Positions 1-13,770 of a stretch of DNA of 64,000 nt are shown piece after piece. A model generated the notes under the pieces. It was not told the origin of the DNA. It saw only the letters and a program-made list of their open reading frames with translations, and did not search any database. Source of the DNA: Octopus sinensis (taxonomy: Eukaryota); contig NC_043000.1 of NCBI RefSeq assembly GCF_006345805.1, forward strand, positions 58,962,001-59,026,000, in the 5' to 3' direction. The position numbers were made by a program, and so were the translations under genes. Position 1 is the stretch's first letter. Each line of letters starts with the position of its first letter.

Positions 1-35
1 ATCCTTGAATTTGAACACTGACCCTTTATTTCTGA

Positions 36-1463
36 CTAGCAGCATAGCCCAGCGTTGCCCGGGTATGTAAGAGCCCCTAGTAGGCAACGACTAATCCCAA
101 TCTAGTCCTTTCCCTCTAGGGAATGAAGGCGCATGTGTAGGTTGCAATGTCTTCTCTTCACTCGAATACTTCTGTGTATACAATGTTCCTAGCTGTCCCT
201 TTGGGCGAAAACATGAAAACATCATTGTACCTCCCAACGCGTGAACAGCCCACGTAGAGTTGACCGTGGGTGAAGCACTGTTCGCCCAAATGTAACCCAG
301 CGACTTGTAGCGTTTGGCCTTGGGATTTATTGATGGACATTGCGAAGCAGAGTTTAACAGGAAACTGAGAATGCCCAAAGTGGATTGGTAGGTCAGCGCC
401 CAACGGTTGAAGGTGCATGCGTGGAATGAAGACGTCCTCTCCCTTCCCACAACCAGTAAGTATTGTGGCTGTTATTAAATGTGGTGCCAAATGTTTCACA
501 ACCAGACGTGTGCCGTTGCACTGTTTAGGTGGAACCAAATTCCTGATGAGCATAATGGGCTCACCGACTTTTAACTTCAGGATGTGTGGCGGCAGGCTTG
601 GCGGTTCAAGTGAATTCAGGAATTCAACAGGATAATCGGCAAGGTCGGTGGGGTCTGCTGTCCTATCTATAGATTTGTAGACGTGGACATCACCAGGAAT
701 AGTTTCAAGTAGCTGGATATTGATGGAGTTGACGCTTGTATTTTTGGGTGCGAGAATAGCTCTGCCTGCCAGCCATTTTAGGTCGTGGAAGACAGCGTCC
801 CGGAGGCTAGCAGGGGTGTTGACAGTGGTGCAAAGTGAGTTAAAAAGGTCGAATTGCGCCCCCTAGACAGTCTGTGGTTTGTGTTTAATACACAAATCGG
901 TTTACTATGTGTGCCACATATGCTTTTATTAACCGATTTTTTCCAGTAATAAAGTATCGTATTGGAATAAAAAGGACCATATAGCTCCTTGGAGCAGACA
1001 TGATGCTCACTGTGAATTAAAAAAAAATTCCTGCCAATTTGTGAAAGATATTGTCAAAAATATGTCATCTTGAATTTGAACGCGATTTCCCAAAATGGCA
1101 TGATTTTATCGATTTTTTTCTGATGGTAAGGTATTGCATGGAAAACTAATGTCAGAATTAAGTTTCTTAGGGTAACATTAAGCTTCACCATGAGTTTGGT
1201 GAAAATCGATTGCAAGTTGTGAAAACTACAACAGAAAATGTGTTGCATATAAAAAGCTTAGATTCTCGACCCCATGTCGAATCTATCAATTTTTTTCAGA
1301 ACTGGGGGAAGTTTTCAAAATTTTCGCTGCGTTAGTTTTGAATTATGACATTGGGTTATGTGTGTGTCAAGTTTCATCAGAATCGGTTGAAAGCCGTGGT
1401 CAGGGTGAGGGTACAACCTGACAGACACACAGACAGACAAACTGCCGTTTATATAGAGAGAGA
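36..1463 (-). mobile_element. Internally deleted Helitron with both termini
   Basis: Minus-strand 5' end A|TCTCTCTCTATATAAACGGC at 1463. The 3' end has hairpin CCCGGGCAACGCTGGG (48-63) followed by CTAG|T (36-39). Inserted between A and T with no TSD. Carries the C-terminal half of the helicase. Confidence 0.9.
158..870 (-). pseudogene. Helitron PIF1-like helicase C-terminal fragment
   Basis: Motifs CNGTRL, FPVKLCFAMSINKSQGQTL and HGQLYVGCSRV. The frame stays open upstream of the listed ATG (AILAPKN, PVEFLNSLEPPSLPPHILKLKVG). The Rep domain is absent. Confidence 0.9.
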
Positions 1464-1697
1464 TGTAGGTTTTGATCCTTGTCAAAGATTTTTTCATCAG
1501 TGAAAGATCAAAGCATGCCATGTTCACAGATGAGACAGTTTTCTATAACCTCTGGATCAGCTAGCATGAGCAGTCTTAGTTCTTATCCATTTTATTTCTG
1601 TGGTGTCATCGTCATTATTGTTTGTCATTTTATATCTCTATTATTACTTTCTTTCGGCATATAATAACTCTAAGTTTATTTTTCAATTGTAATTCAG

Positions 1698-1793
1698 GTA
1701 TTAATCCTCAAGATATAGATGTCATAGAGCTCCATGATTGTTTCTCAGCCAATGAACTAATTACTTATGAAGCCTTGGGTCTTTGTGAAATTG
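1698..1793 (+). CDS. SCP2: SCPx thiolase exon (first in window; upstream exons lie outside)
   Basis: CAG|..|GTAAGT, phase 1/1. Encodes (G)[31 protein letters not shown] with the HDCF motif of SCP2-thiolases. Confidence 0.95.
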
Positions 1794-2520
1794 GTAAGTA
1801 ATCAGATCCTTGTTTTAGTCTACCATTAAGAGAAGTTATGCAGTAGAAGATACTACAAGATAACATGGAAGACCCAAAGAATTGTAGTGGGATTAATCTT
1901 CTCTCTTGGCTTTGCAAGCAAAGATTTACAAGATGGGTAAAGGATTTTATGCCTGAAGTGGAACTTCACAGGTGTGGACATCCCCCACCTGATCAAGCAG
2001 ACCTTTGGCATATAAGTAGTTTGTCATTAAACTAGACACAATCCTCAAATATACTACTCAGCATATACCATGCTTCCATCTTTTTTAATGCAACACTGTG
2101 CATTTGTTGTGCATGGGTTTTCATATGGAGAGCTGTAGAGCAATTTGGGCATATTGTGTTTCTTCTGCAGTCCATTTTGTTTCTGTTTGTCCATTAAGTA
2201 CCGTTAGTGACCATATTACAGACAGGCATGTTGAACATGGTTGGAATGTAATGGTTGCTTTTCTACACTTACCACCACTACTGTTATATAATGTTATTGG
2301 TGGTGCTATTATTTTTATGCATGTTGGACTGGGTCGAAGGGAAAATGTTCTTCAGTTGGTGTTGGTGTAATATTTTGAGGTGTTATGAATGTGACTGGGT
2401 ATCTAAGTGAGATTTGGCATATAGTGGCAAGAAGTTTGTTGGTTAGATCACAGCAAACTAGAACCATTGTATGTCTAGATAGATAAGTTTTCGATTTGTT
2501 TATATATATGTGAATGTATG

Positions 2521-2599
<79 letters not shown>

Positions 2600-4719
2600 T
2601 ATATATAATAATAATAATAAATATTAGGGAATAAATCCAAATTTACAAGGAAATCGGATTTAAGATTGAATCCAATTTTATAATAAAATATTATATTATA
2701 ATAAATTAGAGACAAAACCACTATTATGCAAATCAAACAAAGAAAGACTTAAGCCAATACATAAAATATAAAATAATTTATAAAAATTAAAATTTAACAA
2801 ATATTTTATGTATTGGCTTAAGTCTTTCTTTGTTTGATTTGCATAATAGTGGTTTTGTCTCTAATTTATTATAATTTATTATATATATATTGAAAGATAC
2901 AGAAATAACTTATTCTCAAACAAGTGATAATGCTAATAAAATAGCATAAACGAGATAAATTATCCATACATTACAGAAAAATACGTTACCAACCAGCCAT
3001 GAGACTCAAACTTACATCTCTGTGATTACGCATCAAGTGTACCATTAAGCTAAACTGCACAGTAACGAATTCTTCTGCAAGTTTAGAATAATTTATTCTC
3101 TTGACACGATTTTATTAACATTATCATGCTTTTGAGAATAAATTATTTCTGTATCTTTCAATACATTTCATTTCATCATAAGTTGAATTTAACATTAGTG
3201 TCTTATAAAGCTAAATTTATAAATTCTAAAATTGCAGAAGAATTCGTTACTCGGCAGTTTAGCTTAATAGTAAAGCACTTGACACGCAATCACAGGGATG
3301 TGAGTTTGAGTCTCATGGCTGGCCGGTAACATATTTTTCTGCAATGTATGGATAATTTATCCTGTTCACACTGTTTTATTAGCATTATCATGCATATGAG
3401 AACAAATTATTTCTGTATCTTCTAATACATCTCAATGCTTCTAAAGTAAACTTTGTTTACTTTCATCATAAGTTGAATTTAACGCTAGCGTCATATATAT
3501 ATATATATATATATCCATTTCATAATGTAACCACATGTGAATTGTTGGTGACTTTTTTGTTTTTTTCCTCCCATCTTCCTTTTCTATTGGACTTTCCTCT
3601 GTCTCCCGTTTCTGAAGAAGAGCCTTGCTCAAAACATAAAACCACCTTTCTTTCCTTCCCTGAACGTCTGCTAACACTTTACATGTACCACGTCCTCACG
3701 TTGTTGTTTTTGTGTTTGTTGTTCTTTTTGGGGATTTATTATACATATACACACACACATGCATGTGTGTATATGTGTACATGTACATTAAGGTGCTATG
3801 AATATCTTATCTAATTCATATTTGCTGAGTGAAAAAGACCTACAGATAGTGTCAGAAAGAGCAGAGACTAGATCAGAGAATAGTGGATCAATGCAAGCAG
3901 AAAATGTCGTATGTTTGGTTGTCATGACATGGGAAATATATAATCTTTTGAGTAAAGCTTGTACTTGATTCAACATAAGCCTAAAATACCAGTTTTTCAG
4001 CGTTTTTTTTTTTTTTTTTTTTTTTTGAAGAGGTTAATATTGTTGTGCTATGAGAGCAAGCAGTAACTAATGATAGTCGCAACTTCACATCTCAACACAA
4101 CATACACTGTTTCAGCTTTCAATTCCATTCACATTCTTTCTGATTAATTAATTCAAAAATTATAATGACTATCCTCTTAAAAATGTAAATTTTTCTTACG
4201 TCCAAAAGACTTTTGAAGATGTGGCTCCACTTTCCTGGCATTGGGGTAAATGTAAATAATGATAGGAAACCAGTGTATCCAGTTCATCAGATACCTGTAT
4301 CCAAAATCTTGATGAACATACAATCAATGACATTACAAAGCACTTGCTGTAGATGTGATCTCACAAACTATAAGCAGGTTGCCCAATATCTTATCCAACA
4401 AGACTACTTTCTTGTGTTGGCTCCTGTCAACATAGATCACCCTTTCTCATCACAATGCATGGAGAAAAATTATACACAATGTGCTGCCTGCCTGCTTTCT
4501 AGTATGACAGCAGCACACACCATGCTTTTGCTGATTGTTCTACAAGTTGATGTAGTCATGAACAATATAAGTTTGACTACCCTTTCAGTACCTCCTACCC
4601 TTGAGCCAGTGGGATATCAAATAGGTAACAGCTGGAAGAAGAGAGTGACAAAGAAAGAGAGAAATAGCTGTACCAATACTCAACTGTTTCTTAAGCTGAG
4701 TAGCCTGGAGCAATTTTAA

Positions 4720-5285
4720 ATGAAATACAGGAATGCCTCACTTTATGGAAATAATGTGTTCCTGAAAATCTAGCTGTAATGTGAAATCCCATAATGCAAA
4801 ATGAATTTACCTATTGATTTTCATGTTATCAAGTGAGATTGTATTCCTACAAACTTTTTTAAAAAATAGTACAATGAAACAACAGAGAACAAGCAACACT
4901 ATCACTTTTATACATGAAAATAGATATTTCTAAACATACACAATACAATATAGATTCAGAGCACAAAAACATTTCAAGAGTAATTTGTTAGGGAATTAAT
5001 AAGGTTGACTACTGTGTGAGGAGTGGTGGTGGTGGTGAAGTGAGCATTACTAAGAGGATGTACAATATTTGCTATCTTATAGGTCATTATCATGAACATC
5101 AGCTTGAGAGGTGAAGAATATATCAAAAGTTGTTTGTTGTTTATGATGCATCATCTCTTTGTACAGCTTAGGATAGGAACTGAGTTCATTGTAAACTCCA
5201 CCTGTAATTTTCATGTTACATTCATGATTAGGACCATTATCAGCAAAAACCTGCAGACTTGCCTCTATAAGTGCCAACTCTTTAG
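4720..5285 (-). mobile_element. Tigger/pogo-like transposon remnant
   Basis: Translation LQVFADNGPNHECNMKITGGVYNELSSYPKLYKEMMHHKQQTTFDIFF resembles the Tigger transposase C-terminus. A CAGG-type terminus lies near 4724. Confidence 0.6.
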
Positions 5286-5524
5286 CAATAATTTTTGTTG
5301 GGCCGCTGACTGATCAGTCCTCCACAACAATGTGCAATTGCCGAACAGAAGCACCGACCATTGAGAAACTGTGTGCTGTGATTGCAAACTTGAAAAACAA
5401 CAAAGTTGCTGTACCAGTGGAGATCTTCAAGCACTACTAAGAACTCCTCACTCTGTGGCTGCAACAAATAATCATGCACTCTAGAATTGATACAATCTTC
5501 CCATGATTGGAGAGATGCAGTTCC

Positions 5525-6290
5525 ATTCTTCAAGAAAGGAGACAGATGCTACTGTGGAAACTACAGAGGCAATCAACCTGATTGCTATCACAGCTGTATT
5601 TACCCCAATCCTGTTACTCAGATTCCAGCTTAAGTGAGACCAGCACACCCATCCTAACCAGTCCAGCTTTCATCCTGGCCATGGCTGTGCAGATCAGATT
5701 TTCATGCTGAGAACTCTGGAGCTTCATTGGTGTTATCAACAGCCAACCATTATCTATTTCATTGATTTTGTGGCAGCATTTGACTCAGTTGACGACCATG
5801 CTTTTTTGGGAAGTAATGGCTACAGTTGGTTTTCCACCAAAACTTCTGAATCTGCTGAAACACAAGCAAAGATTCCAACATGTGCATGAGAATCACCATT
5901 TTTAGATGTCTGTTCCAGGGTCTCCTGGGTTTGTACATTATCTTAACCCTGTTTAATAATGCCATCTACTGGGTCACAAAATTGGCAGAAATTCCTGGTG
6001 TTACTGTGGAAGCATATTTTGTCCTCTCTGACCTTGACTACATTGATGATATAGCAATCTTTAGGGATAATTATGCTGACTTCCAAACAGGTATCAATGA
6101 CCTCAACTCCTTGGCTCTCAAGATTGGCATGAAGACATGTGTCCAAAGACAAAATTCTAGTTGCTGTGATCCCCTTTATGGAAAAAGTGCCAATTGTTCT
6201 CAGTGGTGAGGTCCTCAAAAAAGTTGACCACTTCAAATACCTCAGATCAACATTCATGGCAACCAGGCAGGGAAAGGATGATACTGACTT
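5525..6290 (+). mobile_element. Decayed RTE-type LINE RT fragment
   Basis: Frameshifted RT motifs: FKKGDR..CGNYRG, GHGCADQIF, FIDFVAAFDSVD, DLDYIDDIAIF, KVDHFKYL. Confidence 0.75.
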
Positions 6291-6329
6291 ACAATCAACA
6301 TCACACTTCTTGCATTCTGTCATCTCCAG

Positions 6330-6530
6330 AGCTGTCCTTTACATTGCACATCTTCCCCAACCTACCCCTCCCCTCCTTCAAACAAGCCCACAACTCTCTC
6401 CTGGTCCACAGTTTCTTCCCTAACCCCACCTCCCAACCTGGCTTGTTCCCCTACTCCCACCTATGCTGCAGCACTTGCCCCTACCTCTCCAACACCACCA
6501 TCCTCACAGGCACAATCATTGTCCCTATCA
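6330..6530 (+). mobile_element. Penelope-like element fragment
   Basis: PSFKQAHNSLLVHS...PGLFPYSHLCCSTCPYLSNTTILTG resembles the Cys-containing linker just before the GIY-YIG domain of Penelope elements. Confidence 0.5.
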
Positions 6531-6947
6531 TGTCACTGACTCCTTTACCTACACCTCTAGCAACGTCATTTACTGCATCTCCTGCTCTTTCTGTCCTTCC
6601 CTGTATGTCAGTGAAATGGTACACCATATGTTGTAATTTAGAACAAACAGTAAAAGGTTGTCATTATAGTACTCAGTTTCAAATGTCGGAGCAGAGCTAC
6701 AATACATTCTTGTCAGTGATTAATGACAATAGACACTATGATAAACCATTAAATAAAAGCAACGTAACTCTTATAGATGGAAAAACAAAAAAGAAAAGGT
6801 TAAAAAATATACGCAACCATATTCTCATAATGCATAGACATAAGGCTCCTGTGTTCACAACGTCTACATATGTACATGTACACACACAAACACATGTATG
6901 TACGTACTCATACATACACACATATCCACTCACACACACACACACAC

Positions 6948-7057
<110 letters not shown>

Positions 7058-7852
7058 TGTATATGTATGCAACCTCATCTTCATATACACATAGTCGCTT
7101 ACATGCATACACATAATACATATATATTTAGACATACATTCACACTCCTGCATAGATACATATATACCTTTTATGGTTCTGGGTCCCCCTAAGATCATGG
7201 CTAGAATACACATTTCTGCTATGTTCCTGCACAAGCTTTCCAATGTTTTAACTTCCATTCATTTTTCATTTATATTTTTTCATTTTTTTCCTTTTTAATT
7301 GTATGAGTGTGTACATGTGTGTTTATACGTATATGTATATATGTGTGCATGTGTATGTATATGTGTGCATGTGTATATATGTGTATGTATATAAGTGTAA
7401 GACTGTCCAGTGCATATATGCAACTTTCATGCACACGCCCCCTTCATTTATATGGATATGCATATGTTTGTATATGTTCAGGTGGAGGTGTGTGATGGGA
7501 GGGGGTATATGTGTGTGCGTGTGTGTGTGTGTGTGTGGACTTAGAAGACTTAGAAAACAGAACAACTGAAGCTTATAAACAAAACCAAATATCATAAGTC
7601 CTTTAACATTTTTCAACAGAAAATGAAAAAAGACAAAGAAACATTAAAAAATTTTTTTAAATGGTACTTTTTTGTGATAAAACCAAGAACTTATACCTTG
7701 TAGACAACAGCACATACTCATAACTCCTACATAACAAATGTTATTAGTAATTACACTAAAGCTAGACTGCAAGTTTATAACGACATTAATAAAGAAGCTA
7801 GTGTCATCACCGCTAGGTTTAGATTAGATAAAAAAAAAAAGAGGCCTTTATA

Positions 7853-9036
7853 TTGGGTTGTCAAGAAAGTTCTTGTGGTTTTTAACCTTTAAATTCAGAT
7901 GCATATATATCAGCTCAAACAAAACTTTATTAATCGAAATAAACACCATCAGAATCAACACACTTTTGCCAATATGAAACAAGTTTATTTATGCCAGTAG
8001 CATAAAAATCCTGCATTCTGGTGGCAATGAAGTCATTGAAGGTGTGTTTGGCATCATCTTGGTTTTTGAAGCATTTCTTATGCGGGAAGTTGTCAAGATG
8101 TTTGAAAAAATGGTAGTCAGTAAGCAAATGGTCTGGTGAATATGATAGATGAGGCAGAGTTTTCGTAGCCCAATTTGTTCAATTTCTGCAGGGTCAGTTG
8201 TGTGACGTGCAGCCAAACATTGTTTAGGAGAAGAATTGGTCCTTTTCTGTTGACCAATGCTGGCTGTTGTTGTCGGAGTTTCTTATGTATTTCATCCATT
8301 TGCTGACAGTACTTCGCTGTAATGGTTTCACCTGGATCCAAAAGCTGTGATGGATGAGACCTTCTTTTGGTGCAACTTTGGCTTCGGGAAGTGCCATGGA
8401 GCTTCGGTGACATCCAACCACTCACCAGTTATCATAAAGGATCCACTTTTCATCACAAGTCACAATCCGGTCGAGAAACAAGTCCTTCTTGTTGCATAAA
8501 AGAAGGGAAGACAACACTTCAAATGATGTTTTCGTTCAATTCGTGTGGCACACATTCCTCAAGTATTTTTGGTTTTTCCAATCTCTTTCAAGTGGTTGGA
8601 AATTGTCATATACGTTACATCTGATTCAGAAGCAAGCTCTTGAACAGTTGTGCGTGGACTGGCTTTGACTATGGCTCTTAGTTGATTGTTGTCAACATCC
8701 AATGACTGACCACTACGCTTATCATCTTCAAGACTCTCGTCACCACTATGAAATTTCTTGAACCACCATTGTGCTGTACGTTCATTAGAGGTTCCTGGGC
8801 CAAATGCATCATTGATATCGCGAGCTGTTTCAGCAGCTTTTCAGCCTAGCTTGAACTGGAATAAAAAAATTGTGCGAATTTGCTTTTTGTCCACGTTGTA
8901 TTCAACGTTCTGGAAAAAATGGCCTAATTATTCAAAATGATATATAAAGTCAAAATAATTTAACAAAAATTTATTTGAAAATATATCATTTAAAACCGAA
9001 ATTAAAAATTCCACAAGAACTTTCTTGACAACCTAA
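7853..9036 (-). mobile_element. Mariner transposon, full length, disrupted transposase
   Basis: ~28-bp TIRs (TT[G/A]GGTTGTCAAGAAAGTTCTTGTGG) with TA TSDs at 7851 and 9037. ORF pieces include DYHFFKHLDNF..FYATGINKLVSYWQKCVDSDGVYFD. Confidence 0.92.
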
Positions 9037-9049
9037 TAATTATTAAGGA

Positions 9050-9487
9050 CCATAATAGAACTTCCTATCTAATCCTAGATGCAGACTAATTGATCCCGCA
9101 AAATCAGAAATTGGTATAATTAGCAAGGAAAATTTTTTTTTAATTAATGCTTAAGTTAGAGGAGCAACGAATTTAATGCAATGGTCCAATAGTATAGAAG
9201 TTGTTAACTGGTTTAAAACTATTAATAATAAGAATAAAGTCAGATTTACACAATTTGATATTGTAGATTTCTGTGCATCTATTTCTAGAAAACTGCTAGA
9301 TAAAGCCTTCACTTTCACAGGCTTTTTATAGAGATCAGTGAACAAGATAAGGATATAATCCTCCATGCTTGAAAGACCTTACTCTTCAGCGAGAATGTAG
9401 AGTGGGTCAAGACAGCAGAAGAAGGTTCTTTCAATGTGAGCATGGGGTCATATGATGGAGCAGGCATATGCGCTCTCATTGGGCTAT
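9050..9487 (+). mobile_element. Penelope-like RT fragment
   Basis: PNPRCRLIDPAKSEIGIISK and DIILHA*KTLLFSENVEWVK..SFNVSMGSYDGAGICALIGL. Confidence 0.75.
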
Positions 9488-9987
9488 AAATATATACGAC
9501 AGGCTTCTTTCAGTTTCCGTCTACCAAATCCTCTCACAAGGCTTTGGTCGGTCCGAGGCTATAGTAGAAGACACTTGCCCAAGGTGCCCCGCAGTGGGAC
9601 TGAACCATGTGGTTGGTAAACAAGCTACTTACTACACAGCCACCCCTGCGCCTATATATATTTTTCATTTTTTTCCTTTTTAATTGTGTGAGTGTGTATG
9701 TGTGTGTGTATTTGTATATGTATGTGTGTGTATATGAGTGTAAGACTGTCCATTGCATATGTGCAACTTTCATGCACACGCCCCCTTCATTTATATGGAT
9801 ATCCATATGTTTGTATATGTGCAGGTGTAGGTGTGTGATTGGAGGGCGTGTTTATATATATATGTATACACAAACACATATATATTTATATATAATATAT
9901 ATATATACATACACACGTATAATTATACATATAAATGTATTATGTTCCGTGTCTGCATGTAAACAACTATGTGGTATATGAGGTTGC

Positions 9988-10077
<90 letters not shown>

Positions 10078-10356
10078 GTGTATGTGTATGTATGAGTACA
10101 TACATACATATGTTTGTGTGTGTGTTTGTACATGTACGTATACATGTTTGTGTGAATGCAGGATGTCTATGTATTGTGAAAATATGTTTGCATCTATCTT
10201 TTATCTTTTTTTCTTTTTCCATCTATTAAAGTTACTTCCTTTTATTTAACAATTTTTCATAGCGTCTGTTGCCATTAACAGTCAACGAGAATGTAACGTA
10301 CCTCTTCACTCTGAGTACTATAATGACAACTTTTTATTGTTTGTTTTAAATTATAA

Positions 10357-10419
<63 letters not shown>

Positions 10420-11049
10420 TAACTAAAATATGTGTATAGATGCATGTGTACTTTACAATTTCCTTAAGCATAAATTCCTGTAACCTGAGGCAGTTTTAAT
10501 GCAGGAGATGCATAACCTTGTGATTATGAGACTAGCACCCTTATTCCTAATCCACGTGTTTTCTATCTAGAACATATAAGTAGAACAACCTAGATATAAC
10601 AAATAGATATTAAATTGAAAACTGGAGTTAGTACTGCTGCCTTTTCTTCCTTTTTATGTTTTATCAGTGAATGTAGAAAGGAAAATTATTATTTTGACCT
10701 TTAGACATGTGTGTTTTGTTAGCACATATGTATTTAGAGCGTGGTATACTTTTAGTAACATCTGGGACAATTGTTTCTTTAGCTATACTATTTATTTAGT
10801 AATTTTTCTGCTACACTTCTAGCTTTTACTTGTATTCGTTTTACATTGAAAACTAACTGAGGTAAAACATAGCAACTATTTGGTAAGTTTATTAAATGAA
10901 CACTATTTTTACTTCCTTTAAACGTACTAAGTGTTAGATTTATAAATTTTTTTGTCTCACTTAAAATATCTTTATTGCTAGACTTAAAATATTTTTATTG
11001 CTAGAGTTTGTATTTTGTTTGTAATTTCAAGTAATATTGTTTTCAAATT

Positions 11050-11445
11050 TTGATACAAGACCAGCATTTCTTGGGTGAGGGTAAGTTAATTACATCATCT
11101 CCATTATTCAACTGGTACTTACTTATTTTATTGACCCCAAAAGGATGAAAGGCAGAGTTGAACTCAGAGCATAAAAACAAACAAAATGCCACTAAACATT
11201 TTGCCCAGTAATGATTCTCCCAGCTCACTGCCTTCAAGTAACATCAATAATATATGGCAGCTAGCTGGTGGGATTGTTGGCACGCCAGGTAAAATGCTTA
11301 GCAGCATTTCATTCTTCTTCACATTCTGAGTTCAAATACTGCTGAGGTTGACTTACCCAACTTAGTACTAGTTGAATACTGGGGTCGATGTAATCGACTC
11401 CCCACCCCCTGAAATACTGGCCTTGTGCCAAAATTTGAAACCGAT
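11050..11445. mobile_element. Two head-to-head copies of a tRNA-derived SINE
   Basis: Shared core GCTTAGC..TTCTGAGTTCAAAT..CTTTCATCCTTT..GTACCAGTTG..GGCCTTGTGCC. Other copies at ~16290-16505, 17960-18130, 30160-30375, 30710-30910, 55570-55730, 56445-56660 and 58480-58690. Confidence 0.8.
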
Positions 11446-12505
11446 GTTGTCAATAATATAATAATTTGGATTTTTTTTTCACAAAGAAATGTGTGACCAA
11501 GGTCTGAGGAAATGCAATTTTTATTTTTCTCATTTCTTTCTGTGTGTGCATCAGTGTATAAGTAGACGGGTCATTGTTGAAAAAAATTAAAGGAAAATAG
11601 ATGTCACTGTCATGAGGGTGGAGTGGGGTGTGATGTTTCAAAACAGGCTCCCCCCCCCATCGTCTTTAAGTGCATATTGCAAAAGTAATTTGAAAAATCT
11701 GTCGTTAGGGTGTGGAGTGGTGGGGTTGAAAAATCTTAGATTTTCAAGAAAAAATTTCCCATAAAATCTTCCCTCACTCATCATTTTGAAGTGTGTGGTG
11801 AATAACAATCCAAAGAATCTCAGTCAAAACAGAGAAAATCAAGCAAGTGTGTGTGTAAGAAAAATATATTTACTAACAGAAAAGTATGCATTTTTAATAG
11901 CATACTTTTCTGTTAGTAAATATGTTTATTTACTAACATGCACACACACTTGCTTGATGCTGCTTGAGTGGGAAGATGAGGAAGGTACCAGGTAGTCACA
12001 GGTTATGCTAGAAACAACAGCTAACTCTCTCTTAAAATCACATATCTTTACATCTGGGAATATTTTCAAATATTTTTCTCTTTTTTTTTGTTACCGAAAA
12101 GGCTTCTCCCGCCGTTTCTAAATGTCTAGTGTAAAAAAAATTAGTCCAGATGGTGGGGTGAGAAAAAAAATCATAAATTTTCAAAAGTTTTTTCATGAAA
12201 AGTTTCTTCACATCACCTTCAAAGCCATGGTGATAACAAAATTGGAAAAATCCCTGTCAAAATGGACAAAATCTTACATATGTTTAGATTTTATGGAACA
12301 AAGCCTTTTATTAATAAACATAAACAATGATGAATAAAATTTTAAATCTTTTATTTGTTTGTCTTTAGACTGCAGCCTTGCTGGGGCACTGCCTCGAAGA
12401 ATTTCAGTTAAACAAATCAACCCCAGTACTTATTTTTAAGCTGGTTACTTATTCTACTCTTCTCTTTTACCAAACTGCTCTGTTATGGGAGCATAAACAC
12501 ACATG

Positions 12506-12556
<51 letters not shown>

Positions 12557-13384
12557 AGGCTTCTTTCAGTTTCTGTCTTCAAATTTGCTCACAAGGCTTT
12601 GGTCAGCCCAAGGCTATGCTAGAAGACACTTGCACAAGGTGCCATGCAGTAGGACTAAAACTGAAACCATGCAGTTGAGAAGCAAGCTTCTTACCACACG
12701 GCCATGCCTGCACTTATGTTTATTATTATTTTCTTGATATTTTCTTCCTTGTTTTTGTCATCTACTAAGTATAATATTAACAAAGATTTATTAGAGAAGA
12801 TTCAAAATATTGGATAATTGACAAGAACATTAAGATAAACATAAGTTATACACAGCAGTTCATTTATTTGTTACTTTTAATTTGTTTTAGAAAAGTAACT
12901 CAGAATTTGAAACATAAAACATATTCATTTACAAAATATGCTATCTTCTCTGCTTCTTTTCAAAGCCTCTGAAATTTGTTCCACTGAACGACAGAATTTT
13001 CTTCATGACTGATGATTTACTAAAACTAGAACAAATTTCCTTTTCTTTCTTTTATTAACTTTAAAAAAAAACAAGGTCAGGTTATCTGCATGACAGGAAC
13101 ATATTCCAAGTGGTAGGTCAAAATGTGTGTTTTAAGTATCTCATACTCCGCTAAATATAAGTTACTAGATATATCAGTTTGTAATAATCAGTCAAGTGAT
13201 AAACTGAAAGACATTGGGTTATACAAGTATTATCAGTATAGTCTTTTAGTAAACTTCAATTATAGCCATTATCTATTACATATTTTTCATGACATAATTT
13301 CTTTTAATATTCTGAATTACCACCTTTCCTTATTCTTTTAATCACATATAGGAAATAAATTTTGATAATCAAGTTGCAGCTTAA

Positions 13385-13770
13385 ATCTGTGGCTTTATGG
13401 TAAGAAGCTTGCTTCCCAACCACATGGTTCTGGTTTAAGTCCCACTGCATGGCACCATGGGCAAGTGTCTTCTATTATAGCCTTGGGCCAACCAAAGCCT
13501 TGTGAGTGGACTTGGAAGACAGAAACAGAAAGAAGTCCATAATTTGTGTGTGTGTGTTTGTCTCCCACTACTATTTGACAACTGGTTTTGGTGTGTTTAT
13601 GTTCCCGTAACCTAGCAGTTCAGCAAAAGACACATAGAATAAGTATTAGGCTTCAAAAAATAAAGAAATAAGTACTGAGGTTGATTCATTCGATTAAAAA
13701 TTCTTCAAGGAGATGCTCCAGCATGACCACAATCTGATGACTGAAACAAGTACAAGAGATATAGTTCTCA
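13385..13770 (+). mobile_element. Second SINE family
   Basis: Head GCTTGCTTCCCAACCACATGGTT..GGCAAGTGTCTTCTATTATAGCC..CCAAAGCCTTGTGAGTGG. Further copies at ~9490-9650, 12340-12715, 16860-17130, 47370-47660 and 57940-58290. Confidence 0.75.

Noticed and set aside
3248-3327. tRNA-like sequence as a real tRNA gene
   Set aside because: Acceptor and T stems do not pair cleanly, and it is embedded in a repeat.
4213-4719. 168-aa ORF
   Set aside because: No recognisable motif or splice context; probably the antisense of a decayed transposon that I could not classify.
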